This document shows, piece by piece, positions 1-15,867 of a stretch of DNA of 64,000 nucleotides. The number at the start of each line of letters is the position of its first letter. Within the stretch, counting starts at the first letter, position 1. This stretch comes from the human T2T-CHM13v2.0 reference genome, Homo sapiens: the NCBI RefSeq assembly GCF_009914755.1, contig NC_060934.1; one strand, given 5' to 3'. Position numbers and translations under genes: made by a program. The notes beneath the pieces were generated by a model. It was given only the letters and a program-made list of their open reading frames with translations. It searched no databases and had not been told where the DNA came from.

Positions 1-1231
1 TCAGTGTATGTTGTTCCCCTCCCTGTGTCCATGTGTTCTCATTGTTTAGCTCACACTTGTAAGTGAGAACATGTGGTGTTTGGTTTTCTGTTCCTGTGTT
101 AGTTTGCTGAGGATAATGGCACCCAGGTCCATCTATGTCCCTGCAAAGTGCATGATCTCATTCTTTTCTATGGCCGCGTAGTATTCCATGGTATATATGT
201 ACTATATTTTCTTTATTCAGTCTATTATTGATGAGCATTTGGGTTGATTCCATGTCTTCGCTATTGTGAATAATGTTGCAGTGAACATACACGTGCATGT
301 ATCTTTGTAATAGCATGATTTATATTCCTTTGGTTATATACCCAGTAATGGGATTGCTGGGTAAAATGGTATTTCTGGTTCTAGGTCTTTGAGGAATTGC
401 TACAGTATCTTCCACAATGGTTGAACTAATTTACATTTCCATCAACAGTGTAAAAGTGTTCCTATTTCTCCACAGTCTTACCAACATCAGTTGTTTCTTG
501 AGCTTTTAATAATCACCATTCTGACTGGCATGAGATGGTATCTCATTGTGGGTTTGATTTGCATTTCTCTAATGATCAGTGATGTTGAGCTTTCTTTCAT
601 ATATTTGTTGGCTGCATAAATGTCTTCTTTTGAGAAGTGTCTGTTCATGTCCTTTGATCACTTTTTAATGGGGTTGTTTATGGGGGTTTTTTTGTAAATT
701 TATTTAAGTTTCTTGTAGATTCTGGATATTAGATCTTTTCAGATGGATAGATTGCAAAAAATTTCTCCCACTCTGTAGGTTGCCTGTTTGCTCTGATGAT
801 AGTTTCTTTTGCTGTGCAGAAGCTCTTTAGTTTGATTAGATCACATTTGTCTATTTTGGCCTTTGTTGCAATTGCTTTTGGCGATTTCCTCATGAAATCT
901 TTGTCCATGCCTATGTCCTGAATGCTATTGCCTAGATTTTCTTCTAAGGTTTTTATGTTTTTGGGTTTTACATTTAAGTCTTTAATCCATCTTGAGATAA
1001 TTTTTGTATAAGGTATATGGAAGGGGTCCAGTTTCAGTTTCCTATGGATGGCTAGCCATTTCTCCCAGCACCATTTATTAAACGGGGAATGCTTTCCCTA
1101 TTGCTTGTTTTAGTCAGGTTTGTCAAAGATCAGATGACGTAGATGTGCGGTCTTATGTCTGAGTTCTCTATTCTGTTCCATTGGTCTATGAGTCTGTTTT
1201 TGTACCAGTACCATGCTGTTTTGGTTACTGT
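1..1231 (-). mobile_element. LINE-1 3' portion (L1PA7-10-like), 5'-truncated at ~1231, runs off the left edge
   Basis: Continuous antisense match to the primate L1 ORF2 3' end/3'UTR (gtgagaacatgtggtgtttggttttctg, gcagaagctctttagtttgattagatc, gtaccagtaccatgctgttttggttactgt); switches abruptly to an older L1 at ~1232. Confidence 0.92.
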
Positions 1232-1357
1232 TATTCTCACTACTTCTTATTGATCTATTTCAGGTTTTCTATTTTTTCTTTATCCAAACTTGGTAGGGTG
1301 TGTGTTTTCAGGAATTTTTCCATTTCCTCTAGGGTTATGAGAATATGGTGTTCATAA

Positions 1358-1779
<422 letters not shown>

Positions 1780-2576
1780 TGTTTAAACTTTTCAAGAATC
1801 AGCTTTTTGTTTTACTCCTCCTTTGTATTTTTTTTTTCAGTCTTTATTTCATTTACTTCTGCTCTGATCTTTATTGTATCTTTTCTTTTGCTAACTTTGG
1901 ATTTGTTTTGTTCTTGGTTTCCTAGTTTCTTGAGTTGCATGATTAGATTTTTATTTGAAGTCTCTTTATTTTTGATGTAAGTATTCAGTGTTATAAACTA
2001 TCCCTTATAGTACTGCTTTTGCTGTATTTCACAGGTTTTGGTAGGTGGCATTATCATTTTCATTTGTTTCAAAATAATATTTGATTTTCATGTTAATATC
2101 TATATTGAACCAGTGGTCACTCAGGAGCATGTTGTTTTGTTTCTATGTATTTATACAGTTTCCAAGGTTTTTCTTGGAATTGATTTCTAGTTTTATTTCA
2201 TCGTTGTCTGAGAAGACACTTGACATGATTTTATTTTTAAAAAATGAGACTTGTTTTGTAATCTAACATATGGCCTATTCTAGAGACTGTTCCATGTGCT
2301 AGTAAGAAGAATGTATATTTTGCAGTTGTTGGATAACATGCTCTGTAAATGTCTGTTATGTTCATTTGCTCTAAAGTCCAATTTAAGTCCAATGTTTCTT
2401 TATTGGTTTATTTCCTAGACGATCTGTCTATTACTGTATTGAAGTCCATCTTTCTCTTTAGTTCTAGTAATATATAGTTTAGCTCTATAAATCTGGGTTC
2501 TCCAATGTTGAGTACATATATATTTAGAATTATATCCTCTTGCTGTGTTTTTTTTTTTTTATCTTCTTGGTGACTC

Positions 2577-2874
2577 TTTTTTTTTGGAGACAGTGTCTCG
2601 CTCTGTCACTGAGCCTGTAGTGAAGTGGTGCGATCTCAGTTCACTGCGACCTCTGCCTTCAAATGGTTCTTGTGCCTCAGCCTCCAAAGTAGTTGGGACT
2701 ATAGGTGCACACCACCATGGCGGCTAATTATTATTATTATTATTTTTGGTCTTTTAGTAGAGATGGGGTTTCACCATGTTGCCTAGGCTAGTATCAAACT
2801 TATGAACTCAGGCAATCCACTCACTCAGCCTCCCACAGTGCTAGGATTACAGGCATGAGCCATCATGTGTGGCC
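2577..2874 (-). mobile_element. Alu (older, AluJ/early AluS)
   Basis: Diverged antisense Alu dimer with (TTA)n middle linker; flanked by gtgac(t)ctttt on both sides. Confidence 0.9.
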
Positions 2875-2881
2875 TGTGACC

Positions 2882-3182
2882 TTTTTTTTTTTTTTTTTTT
2901 TTTTGAGATGGAGTCTTGCTCTGTTGCCCAGGCTGGAGTGCAATGGGGCGATCTGGCTCACTGCAACCTCTGTCTCCTTGGTTCAAGCGATTCTCCTGCC
3001 TCAGCCTCCTGAGTAGCTGGGATTATAGGCATCTGCCACCACGACTGGCTAATTTTGGTATTTTTAGTAAAAACGGGGTTTTGCCATGTTGATCAGGCTG
3101 GTCTCAAATTCCTAACCTCGTGATCCGCCCGCCTCAGCCTCCCAAAGTGCTGGGATTACAGGCATGAACCACCACGCCAGCC
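2882..3182 (-). mobile_element. Alu (AluS)
   Basis: Long poly-T followed by a full antisense Alu dimer, directly in tandem with the previous Alu. Confidence 0.95.
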
Positions 3183-3364
3183 AAGTCTTTTTATCTAATA
3201 TAAGTATAGCTACTACTCCTTTTTTTTTTTGGTTTTTATTTGAGTGGAATATCTTTTTCTGTCACTACTTTCAGTCTATATGTATCTTTACAATTATACT
3301 GTTTCTTGTAGGCAGCCTATAATTGTATCATTTTTAATCCATTCAGCTCATCTATAACTTTTAA

Positions 3365-4195
<831 letters not shown>

Positions 4196-4738
4196 TAGTA
4201 TCCTTGGGTAGAATTTTTTTATTTCAGCACTTTGAATATATTACCCCATTCTCTCCTGGCCTGTAATGTTTATGTTGAGAAGTCCACTATTAGTCTTATG
4301 GGAGTGTTTTTGTAAATGACTAGATGATTTTCTCTTGCTAGTTTTGGAATTATCTCTTTGTTTTTGACTTTTGAGAGATTGACTATATTGTGCTGTGGAG
4401 AAGATATTTTGGCATTGCATCTGTCTGGGGGATTGCTTGGCCTCCTGTATCTGGATGTCTAAATATATTGCTAGACTTGGGAAGTTTTCATCTATTATTC
4501 ATCAAATAGGTTTTCCAACTTTTTCATTCTTCATCCTCTGAAATACTGATAATTTGTATATGTAGTCACTTTATGATGACCCATATATTATGAAGTCTTT
4601 ATTCGTTCTTTTTTATTCTTTTTTCTTTATTTTTGACTGACTGGGTTATTTCAGAATACCTGTCTTCAAGTTCTGTGATTTTTTTTCTTTTGCTTGAGAT
4701 AGTCTATTGTTGAAGCCCTTGAATATAATTTGTATTCT

Positions 4739-5031
4739 TTTATTTCAATAGTTTTAGGGGTACAGCTCATTTTTGGTTCTGTGGATAAATTTTTTAGTGT
4801 TGATTTCTGAGATTTTAGTGTACCTGTTACCTGAGCAGTATACACTGTACCAAATACGTAGTCTTTTATCCCTCACCCCCTTCCCAAACCCCCCGTGGAT
4901 CCCCAAAATCCATTATATCACTCTTATGCCTTTGTGTTCTCATAGCTTAGCTCCCATTTATGAATGAAAATATATGACATTTGGTTTTCCATTTCTGAGT
5001 TACTTCACTTAGAATAACGACCTCCAGCTCC
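4739..5031 (-). mobile_element. Short 5'-truncated L1PB-type 3' end
   Basis: Antisense L1PB 3'UTR (tttatttcaatag...catagcttagctccca...gagttacttcacttagaata); degenerate TSD ataatttgtattct (4725-4738) / ataattttcattct (5032-5045). Confidence 0.85.
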
Positions 5032-6283
5032 ATAATTTTCATTCTATTCAATGAGTTCTTCGCTTCCAGGATTTCTTTCCTTTTATAATTTCTCTTTGGA
5101 AAATTTCTCATTGTTTCTTTGTATTGTTTTTCAGAATTCTCTTGTATCTCACTGAGCTTCTTTAAAATCAATATTTAGAATCCTTTTTTATTCTGGGATT
5201 TTGGGACTTTCTTTTTTATTGTGATGTGTTGCTAGAGAATTATTGTGTTCTTTTGGGTATATCCCACTTCCTTACTTTTTATTGTTTTCTGTGTCTTTAT
5301 GTTGATATCTATGCACCTGTTGTAATGCTCACTTCTTCCAGTATCCTGAATTTGCTTTCTTTGGGGGATGTTTTTGTGAAGATGAATCCATGTTTTGTAG
5401 GGTCATTTAGCTTTGATTCTGCATGCATTCAGTAATGTAGTCTCTGTATGATTTCTTTGGCCTTAAACATCACCTGTAACTGTGATGTCCTTGGTGACTT
5501 AGAATGTGGTTATTAATGGAGGCTCTGGTAAAGTGTAAAGTGTTGCTGGGAACAGACATTGCAGGTAGTCCAGTCTTTAGCCCCAGTCATGACAACTGTG
5601 GGCTGATCATGCCTGCCCTTGAACCCCAGTGTAGCTTATTGATACCACCATTAGGTGGTCCAGGCAGGCCAATTCTCAGGCCTCCAGATGGCTTCCTCAG
5701 ATGCCAGTAGTGACAACAGTGGGCCAGGTGGGCAGGCAGGCTCTTAGGCCCCTGGACAGCTAGTGTGGCATGGGCAATGGCAGTAATGGGATGACTCTCT
5801 GGGTTCTAAACAGTGAACGTTTGTGTTGGCAGTGGCTTTAATGGACTGGAGAGGTTGGTCCTTAGGCTTCTATATGGTGCGCGTGAGTGATCCTGTCTTC
5901 AGGTTCATGAGGAAAGTGTGCTGATGCCAGAGGTGGTGCAATAGCTGGAGTGATTCCCAGGTCTTCAGAAGGTTTGCTCAGGCTCTGGTGGGGAGGGACT
6001 GGTAAAGATAAACTGATGGTGTTTGATCTCAGGCCCCAGGTAGTGTGCAGGGGCTTAGGCTCTAGTAGGTAGAACAGGGGATTCTGTGGTGGTGGGTTTG
6101 AAGAATCTGGCCTCAGGGCTCAGGCTACAACATAGCAGTCCTGCTATTTGTGTTGGTGGGGTTGTCTTCAGCAGTCCCATGCAGGCATCTCTCAGGTTCT
6201 AGGGAGTGCACACTTTGTCTCCAGCAGGAGCCATGGCCACAGCGGTGTGCACAGGGAACCTGTACTCAGAGGGTGCACTAGAG

Positions 6284-6583
6284 CAGGGGTTCCCAACTCC
6301 TTGGCTGTGAACCAGTATGGGTCCACATAACAGGAGGTGAGCAACAGACTAGTAAGCATTACCAGCTGAGCTCCACCTCCTGTCAGATCAGCAGTGGCAT
6401 TAGATTCTCATAGGAGTGCAAACCCTATTGTAAACTGTGCATGTGAGGGATGTAGGTTCCACACCCCTTATGAGAATCTAACTAATGCCTGATGATCTGA
6501 GGTGGAAGAGTTTCCTCCTAGTCTGTGGAAAATTTTTCTCCCAAGAAACAAGTACCTGGTTCCAAAAATGTTGGGTACCACTG
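6284..6583 (+). mobile_element. MER1B non-autonomous hAT-Charlie DNA transposon
   Basis: Termini CAGGGGTTCCCAAC...GTTGGGTACCACTG, internal tgtcagatcagcagtggcattagattctcatagg; 8-bp TSD cactagag (6276-6283) / cactggag (6584-6591). Confidence 0.9.
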
Positions 6584-7440
6584 CACTGGAGTACAGAGGT
6601 CATGCTGTGTGAGCAGGGTTGGCACTCCCAGCTCCAAATAAGGTGCCATCTGGGAGTCCTGGGTAGTACATTATTTGGTCCCTGGCTGCTGCAGTAATTG
6701 CAGCATTGTTTGGAGTCCAGGAGGGATCTCGTCCTTTGCACACACAGGCATAAGCATGGAGACTGTGCTACCAGAGTGGGTAAGATCATCACCCACAGTC
6801 CCAGACAGGCAGCCCTCCAGCTCACCCACCCCAGTCCCTGGCAGCATCAACAGCATTATGGCTACAGTGGTATGCAGAAGCAAGGAAGGGACCCTGCTCA
6901 CTTTCTACATGTGAGCCAGAGTACAAATGCTGCTCTGGTATGGAGGGTGGGGTTGCTGCTCCCAGCCCCAGACAGTCAGTTTTCAGGCTTGCCCACCTCC
7001 ACTCCCAGTGGCAATAACTGCTGTAGCAGTATGCAGAAAGGGAAAAGGAACCCATTGTTAGATAAACCCAAACAGAATCTGTGCTGCTGTTGCTGGGGGT
7101 GGGGTCACTTTTCATAGCCCCAGACAAGGAGCTTTGGGGGTCTCCAGATCAGTGCCCATGCTAGTTTTAGTATTCATGTGCACAGAGGAGGCTTCTTATG
7201 GTCAGGATTGCAGCCGTCAATAGTGGAATGCAATGGGGATCCCCTTCAGGCTCCCAGCTGATCTCAGCCAAGCTGGCCACTTTCTTCCATCTCCTTCTCT
7301 GCCTCAGATGTTTCCTATGTTGAGCTTCAGTGTTCTCTTTTAGATGTTCTAGTTGACGTATGATTATCTCTTCACAGTTTTGTTCTTTTTTTCTGGAGAG
7401 AAAGAGATCTGATGTCCCTAGTCAGCCAGCTTGAAACAAT

Positions 7441-7577
7441 CTCCTCTTGTCTCTTCTTATAGAGATGCTAATCTCATTTATGAAGGCTCCACTCTCATGA
7501 CCTAATTACATTCCAAGTGCCCTACTTCCTATTACCATTACCTTGGGAGGTAGGATTTCAAGATATAAACTTTGGAG
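7441..7577 (-). mobile_element. MaLR LTR fragment (MLT1A/MST-type 5' part)
   Basis: Reverse complement reads ...gaaatcctacctcccaaggtaatggtaataggaag...ttaggtcatgagagtggagccttcat..., the typical MLT1A/MST 5' region; cut on the left by the L1 5' end. Confidence 0.75.
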
Positions 7578-7935
7578 TACTTTCATCTTAATGTTTGCTT
7601 ACTCCCAAAGTGTATACATTGAAATCTTAACCATACCATACCAGTTAGGAGGCAAGGCCTTTGGAAATGATTAGGTCATGATGCCGGAGCCCTCATGAGT
7701 GTTATTAGTGCATTTATAAAGGATGCCTGAGAGAGCTCCCTTGCCCTTTCGCTATGTGAGTTTACAAAGAGAAGATGTTCATCTTTAAAGAAGAGGTTCT
7801 TCCCCACAAACCTAATATGCTTGAGCCTTGATCTCAGACTTCCTGGTTTCCAGAACTGTGAGAAATATATTTCTGTCATTTATAAGCTACTTAATTTATG
7901 GTATTTTGTTATAGCAGGCTGAATGGACTAAGACA
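7578..7935 (+). mobile_element. MLT1A0-like solo LTR (ERVL-MaLR)
   Basis: ttaggtcatga...gccctcatgag...ccagaactgtgagaaat...ggtattttgttatagcag...gactaagaca terminus. Confidence 0.85.
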
Positions 7936-10900
7936 AAGAAGGTCACTATATAATAATAAAGGGGTCAATTCAGCAACAGTATGTAGCAATTATATATGAA
8001 CCAAGTACTGGAGCACCCAGACATATAAAGCAAAAATTATTAGAGCTAAAGAGAGAGGCACACCCCTACATGATAATAGTTGGAGACTTCAACACCCCCA
8101 CTTTTAGCATTAGACAGGTTATCCAGACAGAAAAGCAAAAAAAGAAACATTGGAATTAATCTGCACTATAGACCAAATGGACCTAACAGATATTTATAGA
8201 ACATTTCATCTAACTGCTGCAGAATACACAATCTCTTCCTTAGCAAATGGATCATCCTCAAGGATAGACAATATGGTAAACTACAAAACAGGTCTTTAAA
8301 AATTCAAAAAATTATATCAAGTATCTTCTCTGACAACAGTGGAATAAAGCTAGAAATCAAAAACAAGATAAACTTTGGAAACTACAACACATGGAAATTA
8401 AACATTATGTTCCCAAAGGATCAGTGAGTCCATGAAAAAAATTAGAAGAAAATTAAAGTTTCTACAAACAAAAATGAAAACACAACATATCAAAACCTAC
8501 AGGATACAACAAACACAATACTAAGAGGAAATTTTATAGCAACAAGCAATCACATCAAAAAAGCAGAAAAATGTTAAATACACAACCTAACAATGCATCT
8601 TAAAGAATTAGAAAAGCAAAACCAAACCAAACCCAAAATTAGTAGAAGAAAAGAAAGATCAGAGCAGAAATAGGTGAAATTGAAATGAAAAAAAAAACAC
8701 GCAAAATATCAACAAAAAGAAAAGTTGCTTTTTAAAAAGATAAAATTGACAAATCTTGAATTAAACTAAAAAAGAAAAAAGAGAGAAGACTCAAATAAAT
8801 AAAATTAGAGATGAAAAAGGAGACACTATAACTGATCTGGCAGAAATTCAAAAGATAATTAGAGACTACTATGAGCAACTATATGTCAATAAATTGGGAA
8901 TACATTGATAAATGTCTGGAGATATATGACTAACCAAGATTGAACTATCAAGAAATCCAAAACCTTAATAGGCCAATAGCAAGTAATGAGATCAAAGCCA
9001 TAATAAAAACTCTCCCAGCAAAGAAAAGCCCAGGAACTGATGGTTGCACTGCTGAATTTTATTAAACATTTAAACAAGACCTAATACCAGTCCTACTCAA
9101 ACTATTCCTAAAAATGAAAGAGTTCAGAATACTTCCAAGCTCATTATACAAAGTCAGTAAGTATAGTACTGATAACCACAACCAGAAAAAGATACGTCAA
9201 ATAGAAAACTATAGGGTTATCTCCCTGATGAATATTGATGAAAAAATTTGCAAAAAAAAACACTAGCAAACAAAATTCTACAACACATTAAAAAGATAAT
9301 TTATCATGACCAAGTGGAATTTATCCCAGAGATGCAAGGATGGTTCAACATATGCAAATTAATCAGCATGATACCTCATATCAACAGAATAAAGGACAAA
9401 AAACATATGATCATTTCAATTGATGCTGAAATACTGAAAAAATACTTGATAAAATTTGACATTATTTTATAATTTAAAAAAGCTGCACAGAGTATAGAAA
9501 GAATGTACCTCAATACAATAAAAAACACATATGAGAGACTCACAGGTAGCATCATACTGAAGAGCAAAAAAATGAAAATGAAAGCCTTTCCTCTAAGATC
9601 TTGAACAGGACAAGGATGCCTATGTTCACTATTGTTATTTCCATAATACTAGAAGTCCTAATTAGTGCAATCAGACAAGAGAAAGGAATAAGGGGCATAT
9701 AAATTGAAAACAAAAGAGTGAAATTATCCCTGTTTGCAAATGAAATAATCTTATAAGTGGGAAAAACCTAAAGACTTCATACAATAAAACCAATGAGAAC
9801 TGATAAACACATTCAGTTAAGTTGTAGGGTACAAAATTAATACAATGAAATCTGTAGCATTTCTACATGAAAACAGCAAACAATCTGAAAAAGAACTCAA
9901 GAAAGTAATCCCATTTACAATAGCTACAAATAAAACAAGACACCCAGAAATAAACTTAACCAAACAAATGAAAACTATAAAAACTACAATAAAAACTATA
10001 AAACATTGACACAAGAAATCAAAGGAGACACAACCCAAAAATGAAGAGATATTCCACATTCATGGATTGAAAGAATCAGTATTGTTAAAATGTCCATACT
10101 ACCCAAAGCAATATAAGATAATGTAATTCTTATCAAAATATAAATGACATTCTTCACAAAAATATAAAAAAAATTCTAAAATTTATATGAAACTACTGAA
10201 GACCCAGAATAGCCAAAGTCATCCTGGGAAAAAGGAAGGAAACTGGAGAAATCACATTAGCTGACTTCAAATTAATACCACAAAGCTATTGTAAACAAAA
10301 TAGCAGCTATTGTAAACAAAGTGGTAGACAAAAAAAGACATAGACCAATGGAACCAAATAGAAGACACAGAAAGAAATCCATAAATCTCATTTTTGAATA
10401 AGGCGCCAAGAGCGTACATTGGGGAGAGAACAGTCTCTTCAAAAAAAGGTGCTTAGAGACTGATTATTCATATACAGAAGAATGAAACTAGACCCCTATC
10501 TCTTGCCATATATGAGAATCCAATAAAAATTGATTAAAGACTTAAATCTAAGACCTCAAGCTGTAAAAAAAAAAACTAAAAGAAAACTTTTGGAAAACTC
10601 TCCAGGACATAGATCAAGGCAAATATATTTTGAGTAATATTCCATAACCATAGGCAACAAAGCAAAAATAGACAAATGGGACCACATTAAATTAAAAAGC
10701 TCCTGTACAGCAAAGTAAACATAAGCAAAATGAAGAGACAACCCACAAAATGGGAGAAAATATTTGCTAACTATCCATCTAACAAGGGATTAATAACCAG
10801 AATATATAAGGAGCTCAAACAATTATATAGGAAAAAAATCTAACAATCTGATTAAACATTGGCTAAAGATCTGAATAGATATTTCTCAAAAGAAGACATA

Positions 10901-11753
10901 CAAATGGCAAACAGGCTTATGAAAAAGTGCTCAACATCACTGATCATCAAAGCACTGCAAATGAAAATTACAAAGGTATATCATCTCAGCCCAGGTAAAA
11001 TGGCTTTCATCCAAAAGACAGGCAATAACAAATGCAGATGAGGATGTGAAGGAAAGGGACCTCACATACATTGTTGGTGGGAATGTAAATTAGTACAGCC
11101 ACTACAGAGAACAGTATGGAAGTTCCTCAGAAAAGTGAAAATAGATTTACCCTATGATCCAGATATCCTACTGCTAGGCACATACCCCAAAGAAAGAAAA
11201 TCAGTAAATCAAAGAGATATCTGTACTCCCATGATTATTGCAGCACAATTCACAATAGCCAAGATTTTGAAGCAACCTAAGTGTCTTTCAGCAAACAAAT
11301 GAATAAAGAAAAGGTGGTATGGGTACTGAAGGTCATTGTGTTAAGGAAATAAGCCAGGCACAGAAAGACAAACTTTGCATGCTCTCACTCATTTGTGGGA
11401 GCTAAAAATTAAAACAATTGAACTCATGGAGACAGAGAGTAGAATGATGGAATAAGAGTTTGTGGTGGAGAAGTGGCAATGGTTAATGCATACAAAAATA
11501 TAGCTAGAATAAATAAAATCTAGTATTTGATAGCACAACAGAGTGGCCAATAACAATTTATTGTACACTTAAAAATAACTAAAAGAGTATAATTGGAATG
11601 TTTATAACACAAAGAAAGGAGAAATGCTTGAGGTGATAGACACCTCATTTACCCTGATGTGATTATTTTGCATTATATGCCTTTATCAGAATCTCTCATG
11701 TAACTCATAAATATATACATCTACTACATACCCATATAAATTAAACAAAAAAA
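7931..11753 (+). mobile_element. 5'-truncated LINE-1 (L1MA2/L1MA3-like), degenerate ORF2 plus 3'UTR
   Basis: Sense ORF2 from the endonuclease region; ORF-track peptides 9248-9472 ([25 protein letters not shown]) and 10859-11041; L1MA-type 3'UTR (tagtatttgatagcacaacag, atttaccctgatgtgatta) ending in an A-rich tail. Confidence 0.92.
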
Positions 11754-12899
11754 TTATTAAACTGTTTTTATGCCTCAAAATTATTAGAATCCTATGAGAT
11801 TTTCATATATATAGTCAAATTAAGTGAATAACAAATTGGTCTGAGCAAGTTTAGAAGTAGTTACAGATGAAAAGTCCTTTTCCTATTGAAATACAGCATT
11901 GAGTTTAATCAGCTGATAATTTGTTTATAATTACATCAAGACTATTAATTAAAATTAGGTAATTTCAATATCCATGTGTAACTATAATAATAAAGACACA
12001 ATAATATATGTTGATGACTATTTAGTTATATGTATTTGAATAAATATTCTTATATCATCTATCAAGGAGTATGAATGTTGTTCTAGCCTTGTCTCTTAAT
12101 ATTCAACTATTCTTAAATTATATACATATGCAATCTTTAAAAAATTGTAATTTGGGGATATATTTAATATGTATTATTTTTATATTTTCTAAAAAGCTGG
12201 AAGATATTTAACTCAAGCTAAAAATTACCAAAGATCATAAATGTTCTGATTTAATTTACCTGGCAAAAGAAATATTAATGCTAAAACTTTCCAGGGAATA
12301 ATTATTTCACTGCAGTACTTCATTGTAATCACTCTCATAGTTTGAAGTGCCATTTAATTATTTTTAGATGAAAACTATATTAAAGTGTATTTTCTATTGG
12401 TACAACATATAAGAGAAATATATATGTATATATAAGATTGTCTGAATTTTGTGTTTCTTACATAGTTCTATGATCAGTAAAAAGTGATAAACAAATCAAA
12501 AATGTAAAGTAAATTATCCATGGTCAAAAATTATCACTATAAAATAACATAGGTTCCCTCTTCTGTTTTACTTTTATGTTTGCAAGTCCTGGTATAAGCG
12601 TTAGCCTATGCCCCAGTCTATAGATATATCTTCCACTGAGCACACATCTACCAGAGCTAAATCTGTTGTATAATGTGAGCAGTCAGACTTTAAAGGTTGA
12701 AGCCAAAGGAAAGAGCAATGAGACCAGTCACAGAACCAGCAGACTTTTTAAAGACCAATTGAAAGGCCCTAGACTCCATGGAATTCTGTGAACATGAAGA
12801 CTTTCCCAAAATGACACACAGTCAATTTCCTGTCATTTCTAATAAAAGAAAAACTATATCACACATACTTTAATATAGATAAACAAATAAATATTATAA

Positions 12900-13135
12900 A
12901 TATGTAAAAGTTTGATATTTAGATGGTTGTATTATTATTCATCAGTATTAATTTTCTGATTTTGGTGGCTGTTTGTGGTTGTGTATAAGAAAGTACTTGT
13001 CTATAGAAAATACTCTCTGAATTATCTTAGGATAAAGAGACGTTGTGTTAGCAACTTCTCGAATGGTTCAAGAATAAAAATGTTCTTTGCAGTATTTTTG
13101 CTAGTTTTATATCAATTATAAAATCAAAGTTTTAC
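12900..13135 (+). mobile_element. L1MC-type 3'UTR remnant
   Basis: ttaattttctgattttggtggctgt...gcaacttctcgaatggttcaag resembles the L1MC3/4 3' end; strongly diverged. Confidence 0.55.
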
Positions 13136-14306
13136 AAACCAAAAGAAAGCTACTCTCTCAAGTATTTAAGATATTGCTTGGTGCCCCATATAATATACAT
13201 GAGTAAATTACTTGAGTGCTAATCTCATGAAAATATACTTGTTAAAAGAATGTGATTTTTATATGGTGTGGAGAGACTTTAGATGAATGCCTTCATTTAT
13301 TTTCTCTGAAAATGGAAGAATATTTAGTCAATAATTTGCTCACATATGAAATTATATGTTACTTTGACATTCAGAATCCAAATGTGAAGACAGTGAATCA
13401 GGAATTCTAAAAGGAATTCTTGACTATGCCTTCAAAGATGTGTCTTCAAGGATAACTTGGTAGAAAGAATATGAATACATACTAATAAGGAAACATAACT
13501 ATGAAATGTGAAATGTTTGGCTGATAAGCCAGATAAGTTCTGCTTAGACATACCAGGTTGACAGGTGCTATTTTTGGTATAATGAAATGGAAGAAAGAGA
13601 TGGAGAGACATTGTTTGTAGAGTTTGGAGAACATCAATAAGAATTTGTTTCAGTAAAACAATGGATTTTTTATCCTGCTGGGTGGAGGCTTCCCTGGATT
13701 ATTGTTGGCATAGCTAAGACCAGAGAACAGTTACAGACTGTTATGGTAAACAGGTATTGTGGAGATGAAAGCAGGTGGTAATGGTTCTCAAAGGGAAAAG
13801 ACAGTGTGAATTTTCAATTCTGCAATGGCAGAACCAGAAAATATTGGATCACAACAGGATATCTGAAGCCCCAGAAGTCAGAACACAGAGTCTGCCAGTC
13901 CAGAAACACTTTATAGTTGCAGGAAAAAAATAACAAATTCATAGTGTAATTCTACATGGTAGCCTAACATTAAAATCTAATAAAATACATGAGTGAATTA
14001 GATTAAATTTAGAGAATAAAAGATTTATAGATATTACTAATATTCACTATTAAATTACCTTACATGTGCATTATAATTTATAATCAAGTTAATTATCTAC
14101 ACATGTTATAAAAACTGGAACTAATAACACAATGTACACGATTAAATGCTTTATGTTTATATTATAAACCAAATATTAATTGTCTGGCTTTCTTAATTCT
14201 AATACACATAAACTACTCTTGTGTTATCTTGAATTATCTATGTCTATCATATGAAATTGACCAAAATGTAAAGGTCCTTACATATAGGCTATTCCAGGTC
14301 ACCTAA

Positions 14307-14676
<370 letters not shown>

Positions 14677-15867
14677 TAGGAAGCATGAATTTAAAAATAA
14701 TTTTGTATAGCTGGTGAGATACTCATGGAATAGATTGCCACAAAAGAGCAATGTACAGGTAGAATTTATATGTGTGTATATGTGCACATATATTTGCATA
14801 TTCATTATTTTATAAGCATAAGGTTAATGAGCCTATTTTTAATACATTACATATAATATAAACACACAATTTAAAGAATACCTTCATAAATAAAAATATA
14901 TTGACCAAAAGAACTGAAATGATTTATATTTCTAGTTTTCCAAAGAGAATCACTTTCCATTTAGAAGTTAACTCACTGAAATTCATATCAGTTTGAATTT
15001 TAAATATTTAGCACCCTAAAACATATATATTTGAATTTGTATGCAGGGCCCAAAGCATTTCTTTAACTACTGTTTGGGAGAAATATATATTCTAGATAAA
15101 CTGATAATTCTTGTTTTAAAAAAAGATGTTATGTTTCTCTAATTAGTTATTTAGCCTGGTGAAATATGAAGAAAGAGGTTAAGAGCTTTGAATAAGATTA
15201 TGTGACTAAAATTTCTATTTCCTTCAAGTATTTTTAAATTGTCCAGTAGTTTAATGTTTCATAAAACCAAATAATCACATAATTCGTAAGACAGGCTCAT
15301 TACATAATTAAAGCATGTTATTTCACAATACAATCATCGAATCACAACTTGGACCTAGTTTATAAAATAGTTTGTGAAAGGGTAAAAGAAGCAGTCACAA
15401 GAGACTTCAACTCAACCCTTGTTATCATCTTGCAATAGTTAATAAGAAGTTGAATAATACTAAGTACTCTTACAGATAAAATCGAGCAAAAATAAAAATA
15501 TTTTCTCTACTTGATATCTGTCTAATGTAATGTTACCACATTTTTTTCAAGTGTCTAGCAAAAATTCAAATTAAGAACAGCAAAATAGTCCTACAATCTG
15601 ATGTCTGAAACTAACTGTGTGGCTCTAGAATCTTATTTTGTATTTCCCCATGATTGAGATTTTTCACTAAAATAAACAAATTCCGCTTCTTACATAATAA
15701 CCTGAAGAATTTGTATCATTACAAATTGAAAGCAACTGGGATTCTGTTTTCCACATTGAGTCTCTGTAAAATTCAAATACAAGAATATCTGAGGAAAATA
15801 TTTAGAGAACACACATCTTATTTCAGAACTTGTAAAATGGGGCTGTAGGTTAAGCCCTGGTAAATGC

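Noticed and set aside
6148-7127. Cluster of overlapping ORFs up to 139 aa
   Set aside because: They lie in the GC-richer L1 5'UTR and MER1B, where stops are rarer; no recognisable domain.
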